Numbered from the whole stretch's first letter, positions 14,279-25,833 are shown. The stretch is DNA of 63,060 nt, filler included, from Stramenopiles sp. TOSAG23-6 (GCA_900128565.1; 22 parts of 22 records of this genome joined end to end with filler, not necessarily neighbours in it); one strand, 5' to 3'. Notes: a model not told the origin generated them from the letters alone. Program-made: numbers and translations.

Positions 14279-14690
14279 ATGTATTTTAAAAAATATTTGA
14301 AAAAAAAAAAACCTAAATTTGTTAGGTACAAAATTTCGTACGAAAAAAAAAATTTAGACAAAAAATTGAAAAAAAATNNNNNNNNNNNNNNNNNNNNNNN
14401 NNNNNNNNNNNNNNNNNNNNNTTAATTAATTAANNNNNNNNNNNNNNNNNNNNNNNNNNNNNNNNNNNNNNNNNNNNGAAGATTTTTACGCAAAAAAAAA
14501 ATGCAGACCGCAAATTGCGATAATAAAATCACACTATAATCTCAAATCAATTCAAAATTTCAATTTTCAAATCATCTTCTGTGTCTCTCTCTAATCATTG
14601 AAATTAGTAATCTAAAATCTCAAATGAACAATAATAAAATTCTTTTTCACTATTTCAATAAACATGATTTAATCTAAAATTGCACCCATC

Positions 14691-15347
14691 ATGTATGAAA
14701 TAGAAGCTGCTTTAATATTTGGGTTATTAGGATTTATACTATTCTTCACTGTGACACATCGGCTTTCTACGAAAAATGGAAGTCAATTAAACACGGAACT
14801 CACACTAAGATATATGACTAGACGATTGCTTCCTGTATCAAAGAATTTTAGCTGTGAATTGAGTAGTGACGTAAAATCATGCAACTCAATACCAGTGGAA
14901 GATCTTGAGACTCTGCTCGTTTTTCTCGATGGAAACGTATTTAGCGGTCTCGCTGTGCAACGGTCTTTTATTCCAGATGCCGGCGACGGCCTCTTTGCTT
15001 TGCGTCACTTCCAAAAGGGTGATTTATTATGTGTATACCGTGGGACTGATCTATCATTGAAGGATGTATTGAAAATGAAGCTAGAGGATAAAGATTATGT
15101 AATGGGTGGATTTGGACTGAACTGTCATCTTGATGCCTCTTCTCACGTAGATGTATTAGCACGTTACATCAACGACAATTTTATGAATAGAAAATCTATT
15201 AATACAAAGTTTGTGAAGTCTAAAAAGTACAAATTTGCTCTAGTTATTGCATTACGAAATATTGAACCTGGTGAAGAACTCTACGCTTCGTATGGGGATA
15301 GTTATTGGTCTGTTCGTGGATATTCCAAAAAATCAAAACAAGTGTAA
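14691..15347 (+). CDS. SET-domain methyltransferase with an N-terminal hydrophobic segment
   Basis: SFIPDAGDGLFA, ARYIND, ALRNIEPGEELYASYGDSYW. Confidence 0.9.
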   Translation: MYEIEAALIFGLLGFILFFTVTHRLSTKNGSQLNTELTLRYMTRRLLPVSKNFSCELSSDVKSCNSIPVEDLETLLVFLDGNVFSGLAVQRSFIPDAGDGLFALRHFQKGDLLCVYRGTDLSLKDVLKMKLEDKDYVMGGFGLNCHLDASSHVDVLARYINDNFMNRKSINTKFVKSKKYKFALVIALRNIEPGEELYASYGDSYWSVRGYSKKSKQV

Positions 15348-15744
15348 AGATAAATACAAAATACAGAAAGGATATAAAAGTGACTAAACATAATGTAAAT
15401 AAATAAATGGTGAAAGAATTTTTCGTTTCATTTTATCTTTAAGACAATTTGTTTTTCATACATTACCCCCAAGTCCAAGATTTCATATGCATTTCTTTTA
15501 TGCATTGACAAACACAGACAATATTACAGATAAAAGTGAAACAACAAATGACACACCATCGACATTCCTTTAATAACAGTGTAAAATACATCAAAATTGT
15601 TTTTGTTCCATTGGTGGCAGCAATATATATACCTTTTCAAGAATTAAAAAAAAAAAAAAAGGTCAGTACAGTTCTACATTAAATTAATTCGTCTGGTTTG
15701 AAGGATTTTTCATTTCTCTTCAAATAATTCGTTTTTTTAATCTA

Positions 15745-17142
15745 TTATGATTTACCCCGAGTGCTCCATTGCTCTTCAAAGACCTCATTTGTTATACCCG
15801 ATGCAAGTGCAAGCTTTCTCACAATTTCCTTTTGGTCTTCATCTCCTTTATTTGTCTTTTCATAATTGTAAATAGTATATCCCTTGGACACTCCAAATTC
15901 ATCTGCCTTTTTATGTGACGTCACGACTGGTGAAGTGTGAAATTCCTGTGTTTTGCTATTTACTAATGGTGTGTTTTCCTTTTTCATATTTATAGTATTC
16001 AATAAATGTGTATTAGAAGGAATAATTACAGATTCTGATGCTTTGCTCCAACCAGACCAAAGTTCTGTCGATTTTTCAAGATTAGTTAAAGGTAATAGAT
16101 TTGTTGCCATAGTACAATGTGGGTTTACAATAGGCTCTTTATTCTCACAATTACTTTTGTTTTTTCTCTCTACGCAATAGTTATCGACATCATCCAACTC
16201 TTGTTGATTCTTATCGACAATGTGATATGAATCCATCTCTTGTTGATTATTTTTACCAAAAGTAGTTTTGTCGTATATTGATGGCAAATTCAATGATTGG
16301 AAAATACGAACACGAACACGTGCTATATACTTACCACTATCAAGACCATTTATTGTATATGATATTTCATCACTAAGATTACCTTGGTGGTGAACTTCAA
16401 CGTATCCAATTGAAGTTTTATCAACTGTTCTCTTCAGAACTTTTTTGATTTTGATTATTTCGACTTGATAGGGACCAGGTTTAGGATGAAACTTTGTAGG
16501 CTTACAATGTTTCCAGTTTAGCTGTATACTATGATTTTTACTCACCTTACATAACTTTATAGATGGAGCATCTGCGGGAGTTTCTCGTGAAAGTTTGATG
16601 GATAATTGGATGGTTCGCTGGAGAAGTATAAGCGATTCGGTAGCAGTCATAGGAGGCTCATGCATTGCCAATGAATTTGCCAGAAGAACAAGCCTTGCCC
16701 ATAATTTTCCATATCTCATAACTACCTTATCAAAATCTTCATCAATTTCAAAACCTGTTAATTCTTCGACCATATCACAGGCAACTTCTTTTGTAAAAAT
16801 CAATCCTCTTTTGAGATTATGAGCAAGAGCCTGTGTTGAACCGACTGAATCTGAGGCACAGAGTTTCGATTGATATATATTCCATTCAGCTTCATGTTCA
16901 ACACGTTTCGCATGCAGACGACATGCAGAACGGTATAGCTCCGGGTGTATACGACCTGATTCAAAAAGATTTTCAATATGTAACATGAACGTGTCAGCTT
17001 CAGTAAAATATTCCAAAATGTCTGCTTCTAACTTGTCACTTTCATTTTCCTTCTTATAGGCACCTGCACCAACACCTACTGCGATTTTACCAGCCACTCT
17101 TATAAATGGCTTGATAATTGCCTTGGCAGCGGTTTGCGTCAT
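15745..17142 (-). CDS. Uncharacterised protein with an FN3-like segment
   Basis: 465-aa intronless ORF; PADAP...SIQLNW...YQVE...YTINGLDSGKYIARVRV. Confidence 0.65.
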   Translation of the reverse strand: MTQTAAKAIIKPFIRVAGKIAVGVGAGAYKKENESDKLEADILEYFTEADTFMLHIENLFESGRIHPELYRSACRLHAKRVEHEAEWNIYQSKLCASDSVGSTQALAHNLKRGLIFTKEVACDMVEELTGFEIDEDFDKVVMRYGKLWARLVLLANSLAMHEPPMTATESLILLQRTIQLSIKLSRETPADAPSIKLCKVSKNHSIQLNWKHCKPTKFHPKPGPYQVEIIKIKKVLKRTVDKTSIGYVEVHHQGNLSDEISYTINGLDSGKYIARVRVRIFQSLNLPSIYDKTTFGKNNQQEMDSYHIVDKNQQELDDVDNYCVERKNKSNCENKEPIVNPHCTMATNLLPLTNLEKSTELWSGWSKASESVIIPSNTHLLNTINMKKENTPLVNSKTQEFHTSPVVTSHKKADEFGVSKGYTIYNYEKTNKGDEDQKEIVRKLALASGITNEVFEEQWSTRGKS

Positions 17143-17419
17143 TGCTTTATCGGTTCTTACTTTTGTGATCAGAAATATTTGTTGTTTTTGAATGCCAAGT
17201 CAAGCCCTTAAGGTTGGTCAAATCACACGAAATCGGGGATCAAAATTTGCCCGCGCAATTGCAAANNNNNNNNNNNNNNNNNNNNNNNNNNNNNNNNNNN
17301 NNNNNNNNNTTAATTAATTAANNNNNNNNNNNNNNNNNNNNNNNNNNNNNNNNNNNNNNNNNNNNGTACGAAATTTTGTACCTAACGATTTTTTTTTGAA
17401 ATATTTTTTCAAAATACAT

Positions 17420-18059
17420 GCGTACAAATGCAACAATTGTGTACGAGCCGTTTGAAACAGCAGCTCTACCACGAAAATTGGATAAAAATAGTAAAAAAGG
17501 AGGAAGAGGCCAATTAGAAAGGTATGATCTCGTATTCACTTCACCTCCATTTTTTGATTTTGAAGTATATACTTCATTAAAGGGGCAATCTATGGACACA
17601 TTTCAGCAGTTTAATGACTGGCTTGTTGGTTTTTTATATGTTTCGTTATCACGAGCATGGAGCTTGTTGGATAAAGGCGGTTACATGGCGATACATATTA
17701 CAGATATTCCTTCTGCAGGCGTTTTAGTATGTGAAAAAATGGTTTTATTTATGATGTGGCGATTATCAAATTGTATGTATTTGGGGTGTGTTGGAAGTAG
17801 TGGACATGTTAGAAAACCAAGACCAATTTGGATAGTTCAGAAGCTTGGCACTAAAGGAGGCAGTGAAACATCTCAACAAACTCGTAATAAAGAAAAAAAA
17901 AGAAGTGAAATGGCTGGTGAATTTTTGAAGAAAATATATCCTGATGTGCATGCACGAATTATAGAGTCCCATGATGGTACATTAGGCGATTGGGATGCTA
18001 TGCGAAAGGTAATGAATCGTTCAAATGATACAATAATAGGGAACAAAAGAAAACGATAA
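17420..18059 (+). CDS. SAM-dependent amino-methyltransferase-like protein, C-terminal exon
   Basis: YDLVFTSPPFFDFEVY (motif IV-like SPPF), AWSLLDKGGYMAIHI; preceded by family intron 17366-17419. Confidence 0.7.
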
Positions 18060-18217
18060 TTTGAAAATAAAAAAAAAAAAAATAAAGAAAACAAAAAAAA
18101 ACACGAAAACCCACTTAAAGACATAACAGGCTTTATATACTATGTACATCTTTTATTACAAAAACAAATACAACATAATATGTCATTCCAATCATAATAA
18201 AATAATATCACACACTA

Positions 18218-18320
18218 TCCACAAGACGTTTTTACAATAAAAAGAACATNCACAAGACGTTTTTACAATNAAANGAACATCCACAAGACGTTTTTACGAT
18301 GAAACGAACATCCACAAGAA
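18218..18320. repeat. ~3.3x 31-nt tandem repeat between convergent genes
   Basis: TCCACAAGACGTTTTTACAATAAAAAGAACA repeated. Confidence 0.85.
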
Positions 18321-18356
18321 TTTCTTTGCAAAATATGATCGAAGGATACATTTTTT

Positions 18357-19413
18357 TTACTTAATGCTTAAAAGCATATTAGAAGAATTTCCAGGTGGCA
18401 TATATGTGACATTTCGAGATCTAGCAAGAGTGTGTGCAATCTCAGTGGCAGCATGAATTCTACTCAACTCCAAGAAACCATTTCCATGTGTTTTAATAGA
18501 TTCTCCAAACAATTCCGCGGATTCAGACTCACCTTCAGAGGTTATAATTTTAGCTTTCTTTTCTTGTTCAGATTTTTCAACAATAAATTTTGCACGTTCG
18601 GCTTCCTGCTGTGCAACTTGCTTGTGCTCAATAGCTTTGGTAAACTCTGNACCAAATGTAAGATGACTGTTGTATTAAAAATATTGTCAAACAAAGTTTT
18701 GAAATGAGACATTGAAAATATAAAAGCAAATAGTAAAACACATAATTTGTTGGAGAAATTTTCATAGTAAAAAAAAATAAACTTTAGATTGATTATTGTC
18801 AGAATGTTGGGACCTTTTCGTAATCACTTGTGGGTTGCAACACCCAGTCAGTCGAAAGATGGTTTAATTCCAATCATCATACAATTTTAAATCAAATGAA
18901 AACAATCTCAAAGANTTCGTACGAAAAAAAAAATGAAATACTTTAAATTGGCAATTTTTTGCTATCGTACCAAACAAAAAAAAATCGTTAGGTACGAAAT
19001 TTCGTATGAAAAANAATCGTACCAAACAAAAAAGGGCTCGGGCAGAAATCTCAATCGTTCATCGAGTATTTGTTTGTAGAACAAAAGTCTCAATTAATTG
19101 TGTTGTCGTCAATGCCCTCAATGATTGATTGATGCCATAAATCAAAATAAAAGATCATAAAAATGGAAAATAACACGAAATATTTCAAAATATTTCATAC
19201 AATCTGTACAAAACATTAGGGTTAGGGTTTGTGTAATAATATTACGTACGTAATTGATACATCATCCAAATCAATATGAAATTCAGCACAGCGAGTGGTC
19301 AATTGTTTACGAATATCTTTAGAAACTTCGTCACGCTTCGTTAAGAGCTCTGAAGCAGGATATTGAGCGACTACAGACTTTAAAACTTCATTGCCTACAG
19401 AGGGAAGAACTCT
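18357..19413 (-). CDS. PHB: Prohibitin, last two exons (18357-18666, 19250-~19413); absent from the ORF track
   Basis: [18 protein letters not shown]...[36 protein letters not shown] intron 18667-19249. Confidence 0.92.
18795..18885 (-). ncRNA. Intronic box C/D snoRNA with two LSU rRNA guides
   Basis: Box C ATGATGA, D' CTGA, C' GTGATTA, D CTGA, terminal stem ATTGT/ACAAT; guides antisense to the conserved LSU segments CGAAAGAUGGU and UGUUGGGACC. Confidence 0.88.
19033..19118 (-). ncRNA. Probable intronic box C/D snoRNA with degenerate boxes
   Basis: Stem AGGGC/GCCCT, C-like TTGACGA, D-like CCGA; antisense to LSU CAGAAAUCUC and GUAGAACAAAAG. Confidence 0.6.
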
Positions 19414-19857
19414 TTGTTATAAAATATATATACGAAAAAGTAAAATAAATGAGTACACACATCAAAATAAAAAAAAATAAAAAATAAAAAAGTGTTTCAT
19501 ATGGTTAGGGTTGTGGTTAGGGTTGTTTCATCTATGGTTTTTCTCAACATCAATGGCAACATAGTTGCTAANATCAAGACTAGGAATATAGAGACCGAAA
19601 AGAAGGAGCACGTTACAATACTACACATATTTGTACATATAGAACTATACATGTAGAATACATAGCAGCTCAACAACTTCGTTACTTTAAGATCTTTAGC
19701 TTTGCATTGACGTCATGAAATGTTAACTTAGAAAAGAAAACTCAGCGCAAATCATTGCAGTGGTAGCTGCTGAGGGTTACTACATCCCAAAGCTCGCATA
19801 CCAGATCTTATTATTGTAAAAAAAAAAAGAAAAAAATGGTTCAACTGAACAAAAATG

Positions 19858-19970
19858 ATAGGGTTCATTTGGTGGTGCATGTTGTATCCACACGTTAGCC
19901 GAACCTCCCTAAAGGGTGGCTCAAAGCAAATATCGTTCAGAACAGGTCATGTGTCGTAATCACTCCCTAT
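19858..19970 (-). ncRNA. Box C/D snoRNA with two SSU rRNA guides, copy 1
   Basis: Stem ATAGGG/CCCTAT, C-like GTGATTA, D' CTGA, D-like ATGA; guides antisense to SSU AACAGGUC and UGGUGGUGCAUG. Confidence 0.75.
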
Positions 19971-20027
19971 AGTTGAATATATACCTAAAATAGAAAAAAA
20001 AAGGGGGAAATAGGAAAAGAACAAATG

Positions 20028-20140
20028 ATAGGGTTCATTTGGTGGTGCATGTTGTATCCACACGTTAGCCGAACCTCCCTAAAGGGTGGCTCAAAGCAAA
20101 TATCGTTCAGAACAGGTCATGTGTCGTAATCACTCCCTAT
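20028..20140 (-). ncRNA. Box C/D snoRNA, identical tandem copy 2
   Basis: Exact repeat of 19858-19970 with different flanks. Confidence 0.7.
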
Positions 20141-20244
20141 AGTTNNNNNNNNNNNNNNNNNNNNNNNNNNNNNNNNNNNNNNNNNNNNTTAATTAATTAA
20201 NNNNNNNNNNNNNNNNNNNNNNNNNNNNNNNNNNNNNNNNNNNN

Positions 20245-20806
20245 CGAAGCAAGTGCGGGGGAAGCATACAACTGCTTCAATTTTATGGAGAAAAGATGTC
20301 CTCTTGGCATTGTCGCATACCGGAAAATAAACGGGGAATATCGAATGACTTGGGCTACAGAAAGCACAGAAGCCGAGAATAATTTTAATCTTACAAAACA
20401 AGCTCTATCAATTGACGATATTGAAAACCGACTTAAAGATATGATAACTGAGGACCAGCATAATTTTCAGCAACAGTTAAAGGCTGACATCTTTGATCTG
20501 GAAAACAAGATTGATCTGGAAAACAACTTTCTTCTGGAAAACATTGATCATGCCGCTATTGCTAACCGGGGGATCGTGGATTTCTTTAAAGAAGTGATCC
20601 CCAACGACGTCGACACCACTCTCGATGATGCCATTCTGAAGTTCGAGTTAAATAACATTGCGATCAAGCCAGACATGACCTTGGAAGAGTATGCCAAAAC
20701 AAAGATGCGCGAGGCTGAGGGTTACAGGAGAAATTTTCAAGGACCATTCGATCAGGCTAATGCCGAATTATTAAGGGAAAGATTTTCCCTTCTTCCACAC
20801 CATTAG
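20245..20806 (+). CDS. Hypothetical protein, probably 5'-partial
   Basis: Open frame of at least 173 aa ending TAG; no motif recognised. Confidence 0.5.
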
Positions 20807-20938
20807 GTAGCGTAGATGATGATGTGGTCACTTTGTTCTCACCTTCTTGTTTCTGAATATGTTTTGTAGTTGCATCAACACATTTTGAAAGCACGTAGAC
20901 ATTAAAATACGTAAAAATTTAGAATGGAAATTTATTTT

Positions 20939-22903
20939 TCAAATTGCAAGTTGTAATAAACGTAAATAATGTCGCGCATCTCTCTTTTTGATTAAATCTA
21001 AAAGTGGCCCAAGAATAAATTCTATTTTCTTCCGTGTTAATACCAAACATCGACAATCAGATAAGGCTACAACATCAGCTTGTGAAAGTCTTCTTGTCAT
21101 TAATGCCATTTCACCTATCCACATATTCTTTTTCAAAATTGCAAGTGGAATCTTCTTACCTTTTGGTGTTTTTTGATATAATCTAAGTCCACCTTCTACT
21201 ACTATTATAAGTTTATCAGACATTTCACCTTGCTCTACCAAAATTTCTCCAGATGAAAACACTAATTCTTCAGCTACATCTGCAAGCATCCATAATTCTT
21301 TTTGAGTGAGCGAACTTAAAACTTGAACAGGTGCTAATAATTCTGCTCTTTGAATTCTTTGTTTCTGTGCATGAGCAATAATTGCCCTTTTAATACCTTT
21401 TCTACTACACATCCAAAGTGTTGCATGGAAATCTGCATGTGTTCTAACAAGAAGTGATCTTTCACTTTTATATAAGAGACCAAGTTCACCAAAATAATCA
21501 CCGGGGCCTAATGTTTGAAATAATTTATATTCTGCCTCGTCGAGACGACCTAAAATCTTACGAAGTATTGGTGAATCTTTCACTTCTTCGCCATTAGCTA
21601 TTGCTTTTTGTTTAGCCTTTTCTCGTTCATATAAAAGTTTCGTCTTTTCTTCTTCCTTTCGAGGTATGAAGACTTGACAACGTCCTTTTGCTACGATAAA
21701 AAATTTATCATCTTGTGCGCCATACTCAACAATTGGCGACTTCTTTTTGACTGGGACCATTTCAAATGTTCCTTGTATTGCTTTGAGCGTTGATATAGGC
21801 ATATGTGCAAATAAAGGATGTTGTTGTAGCAATGTAATAACCGCGTCGTCGGGTACGTCAACATCTTCAGGATCGGAGTCTTCGTCATCATCATCCAAAT
21901 CTCTAAATGTTCCGATCCAGTTAACAAAAGGAGATTCAAGAATACGTTCAAGTACTATAAGTCTTATTCGATCAAAGGTCTCTTTCGTAGGCTCTCGAGC
22001 ATCATATTCAGTTGCTGAACGAATTTTTGGCTCCATGTTAATTTGTTTTTCTGAACCTCTCACGATAAAATCATTTAAAATATCTGCACACCTTTCCTTA
22101 ATGTATCTAGCCTGGCTTGGTTGTGTACATGTAAATTTATACTTTTCAACCTGATTTAAGAAACGTAAGTCTTTTTCTTCGGTGATTTTCTTAGGAGAAT
22201 CGCTTTGTAGAACAAACTTAAGAAACAATGCATATGTAGATTTATCATTCAAAACTGCGACTAAATCATCCATTGTCATTTCACGATTATCAGCAGGAGC
22301 TCCAGGACGGCCACCTTCGTCATCATCGGATGATTCATCGTTAGGAATATATGAAGGACCATGGTATTCCCATTGATTATTACCCGGTGCATTTTGCTCT
22401 TCTATAGACCACATACGCGAATCATCAGAGGCTTGAGAAATAGCAAGTCTTCTGGTTTTCATATCATAATTGGGCAACCACTTTGGACGAGCGGGTGTAT
22501 TGGAAGAGCTCACATNNNNNNNNNNNNNNNNNNNNNNNNNNNNNNNNNNNNNNNNNNNNNNNNNNNNNNNNNNNNNNNNNNNNNNNNNNNNNNNNNNNNN
22601 NNNNNNNNNNNNNNNNNNNNNNNNNNNNNNNNNNNNNNNNNNNNNNNNNNNNNNAAACTGAACAGGATTATCTGGACGATTAAGTAACAACGAATCTGTA
22701 ATCCCAGTAAACATTCGTTCAATCTTCTTTGATGTAAGATATCGGTTCAATTCTTTCTGGATTTGTTTAGTATTAGTGCCTGTAAGAATGCTAAGTTGTT
22801 GTCCCTCCTGCAACTTCGGCTCACCAACAAGTCGAGTATTTTTCTTGCCCTTTCTCTTGGATTTCTTTCTATTCATCGTTGAAGAAGAACGGCGGCTAGA
22901 CAT
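20939..22903 (-). CDS. PKA regulatory subunit-like protein: D/D domain + RGS domain + two cNMP-binding domains
   Basis: YLTSKKIERMFTGITDSLLLNRPDNPVQF (docking); FLKFV...LRFL...ILNDFIVRGSEKQINM...TFD (RGS); FGELGLLYKSERS and IGEMALM (CNB); internal N gap. Confidence 0.8.
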   Translation of the reverse strand: MSSRRSSSTMNRKKSKRKGKKNTRLVGEPKLQEGQQLSILTGTNTKQIQKELNRYLTSKKIERMFTGITDSLLLNRPDNPVQFXXXXXXXXXXXXXXXXXXXXXXXXXXXXXXXXXXXXXXXXXXXXXXXVSSSNTPARPKWLPNYDMKTRRLAISQASDDSRMWSIEEQNAPGNNQWEYHGPSYIPNDESSDDDEGGRPGAPADNREMTMDDLVAVLNDKSTYALFLKFVLQSDSPKKITEEKDLRFLNQVEKYKFTCTQPSQARYIKERCADILNDFIVRGSEKQINMEPKIRSATEYDAREPTKETFDRIRLIVLERILESPFVNWIGTFRDLDDDDEDSDPEDVDVPDDAVITLLQQHPLFAHMPISTLKAIQGTFEMVPVKKKSPIVEYGAQDDKFFIVAKGRCQVFIPRKEEEKTKLLYEREKAKQKAIANGEEVKDSPILRKILGRLDEAEYKLFQTLGPGDYFGELGLLYKSERSLLVRTHADFHATLWMCSRKGIKRAIIAHAQKQRIQRAELLAPVQVLSSLTQKELWMLADVAEELVFSSGEILVEQGEMSDKLIIVVEGGLRLYQKTPKGKKIPLAILKKNMWIGEMALMTRRLSQADVVALSDCRCLVLTRKKIEFILGPLLDLIKKRDARHYLRLLQLAI

Positions 22904-23120
22904 CGAGATATTGTTTCGGCACTCTATGTAGTGCAGAGACTTCACACTTGTCTTACTAGCTCACAGTACCTATATGTTGTAGAAACATTTTGTGTCTGTG
23001 AAACTGTAGAATTTTAACGTNNNNNNNNNNNNNNNNNNNNNNNNNNNNNNNNNNNNNNNNNNNNTTAATTAATTAANNNNNNNNNNNNNNNNNNNNNNNN
23101 NNNNNNNNNNNNNNNNNNNN

Positions 23121-25833
23121 ATCAAGTTAATGAACAAAATATTACGCGAATTCCAGATACGCCTCTAAAGACAGAAACTCCTGAAGAAAAGATTTTAGAG
23201 CTGGAGAACCAAACAACTGGTAAAGACCGAGAGAACAGCGGGGGGTTTATTTTATTGCGTATCTCAATAGAAGGATTTGAGGACACGGAAGCTAACATCT
23301 TGAAAGAAAAGAAAAGGCGAAAAGCCATGCAGAGTTTCAAAGCCAACTTTTCAGCCAAGGGTGTAGCAAAGAAGCTCAAGGATAAAATGATAGCCGCAGC
23401 GAGCGCAAGAGTTGCGGCAGAAAAAGACGAATTACGCGCAAAACAGAAAAGGGCTGGTAAGATGAAACTTACCATTCTAAATGCTTCTGCTTTGCCACGC
23501 GCAGACCGTTCATCGTCGGACCCATTTGTCAAAATATCAATGGAACCAGCAAATAAATCAAGACAAATTGTATTCAAGACATCAACGAAAAAGAAAAATT
23601 TGAACCCAGAGTGGAATGAAGAATTTGAATTTGTTTTTGATGACTGGAATGAACTAGAAACATCAAGTATAAATTTATCTGTGATTGATTGGGATCTTAT
23701 CGGTAGTGATCTTATGTGCACAGCAACACTATCTGACTTTCATCACAGGAATGGAGTTTCAGTTCAACCTCCTGATGGTGAGTTGGTGGAACCCGGTTCT
23801 GATGTAAGAACCATCAAGTTAGATAATTGCACTACAAAGAAGGATAAAGATAGACCTGGTGGTACTTTGAGATTAAGCATCGAATTAAGTGGCTTTCAAA
23901 TGGATGCAGAGCGGATATTGGATAATTCCGAATCCGGTGGAGAAATACTCGTCTTACCTCCTGAAAGATGGTGGTTCGTGGATGATGCTGGGAATTTACA
24001 GGGACCATATCCAAATGATGTAATGAAAACTTGGTATGAGAGTGGCGCACTCCCAGATTACATTAAAATAACTACAAAACCAACTGGAAAATGTTTTGAA
24101 ATATCGTCTTATGGTGTTTCGCCATTCATCCCTCAACCTCGAGTAAATAAACTTAAAAAAGCAGGTAAATTGGTATCTTCATTGCTTGTGGGTACAACCA
24201 AAACATCTACCAAAGATGTAGCGATGTCTTCGATCAAACCAGATGAAAAGGATCCGTTTGCGACATCAGATGAAGATGAAGATTTTGAAGCAGATGTATA
24301 CACGAGATCTCGCACATGGTATTTTCTTGATGATAAAAACAAACGCCAAGGTCCGTTTCCATCTAATCAGATGCGAGGTTGGTGGGACTCTGGTGCGCTT
24401 CCAGTACATATTAAAGTATCTCATGGCCCATTTGGTCCTTTCTATGAAGCGTCTCTGTTTGGTAGCAAAGATATTGCGAGTCGTGCATTCGGTGGAGAAA
24501 GATGCCTCACAGGTATCTTCTCAAAGCGCTTCACTGACATACAAGCATTGAAAAAGAAACTCAAAGATGAACAAAATGCCCGCGCACAAGCTAAACGTTT
24601 AGAAGAAGAATCAGCGCATGCTATGAATGACTATAGCAAACGAGATGGAAGTGGTACTCTGATAGTAGAGATCGTTCGTGCAAAAGATATTCCTGTGATG
24701 GATAAAAGTACATCAGATCCATTTGTTGAAATTGAAATTATTAGTGGATTGGAAAAACAGAAACATCGCACAAGTACAAAGAAGAAAACACTTCGACCTA
24801 TATGGAATGAAACATTTTCTTTTCAATTATCTAGCTGGGAAGAGTTGTGTTCAGCTAAACTCCACGTCCGGATGTTCGATTGGAATCGAATAAAGAATAC
24901 CCCTATGGGGACGTCCATAATTACTGACCTCAATTATCGCAAAGGTCAATTAATTAGACCTAAAGGATATGACATGGGGATTGCAATTAATTTAGTAAGA
25001 GATCGACGTTCTTTAATTTTAGATTATAAAGGTGAAAGTGGTGGTAATTTGATTTTGCGGCTTTCTCCCATCGGGTTTATGCGTAAATCCAAAGAACGAG
25101 CAAAGAGCGACATGGTGAATGCGCGCAACGTAGTTTTAGCTTTCGCTACAGAAGAAAAGAACAAAACTTTGTCTGTTACAGGAATCCAGAGAATTGCTCG
25201 AGGTTATAAAGCCCGCAGAGCTTTTGATAAAAGTAAGAAATCAATCACCGGAATTCAAAAAATATCACGTGGTTACAATGTGAGAAAGATTTTAAAGAGT
25301 GTTGGGAGGGAGCGTTTCCATGAGGTTATTCGATCTAGAAGGGCATCCTCTAGCGCAGCAGCAATTCTCCTTCATACATCATCAAGTGAAATAACAACAA
25401 AAGAATCAATCAAAGTAAAAGCAATGGACCTTGCAAAAGAATCTATAATAGACATTTCAACTTCCAATGAAATTGAATCACCAAAGCGAGTTGACGATAC
25501 AAATGTAGATACATATACAAACGACCAAGATGAAGAATATGCTAGCGGCAGAGTTGAATTTGAAGTAGTTCGCGCGACAAACCTCCCTCGGGCTGATCGA
25601 TCTGCATCGGATCCATTTTTAATACTGAAATGTGGATCTCAAATATTTCAAACAACGACTAAAAAGAAAACTTGTGAACCAGAGTGGAATGAAAAATTTT
25701 CATTTGAGTTTGAAAATTGGTCAAAATGTGACAACGCTGAAATATCCATCGAATGCTGGGACTGGAATTTTATTGGAAACAATACTTTAATGGGAACCAC
25801 CAAAATCGCAGCATGCAGCAGATTTGTAAATGT
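23121..25833 (+). CDS. Multidomain protein with 3x C2, 2x GYF-like and IQ motifs, partial
   Basis: SDPFV...KKKNLNPEWNE (C2 x3); WWFVDDAGNLQGPY and WYFLDDKNKRQGPF (GYF-like); IQRIARGY and IQKISRGY; ends at family donor 25834. Confidence 0.85.

Noticed and set aside
19858-20140. Tandem ~115-nt repeat as 5S rRNA
   Set aside because: No similarity to the 5S consensus; C/D boxes and rRNA-antisense guides explain it better
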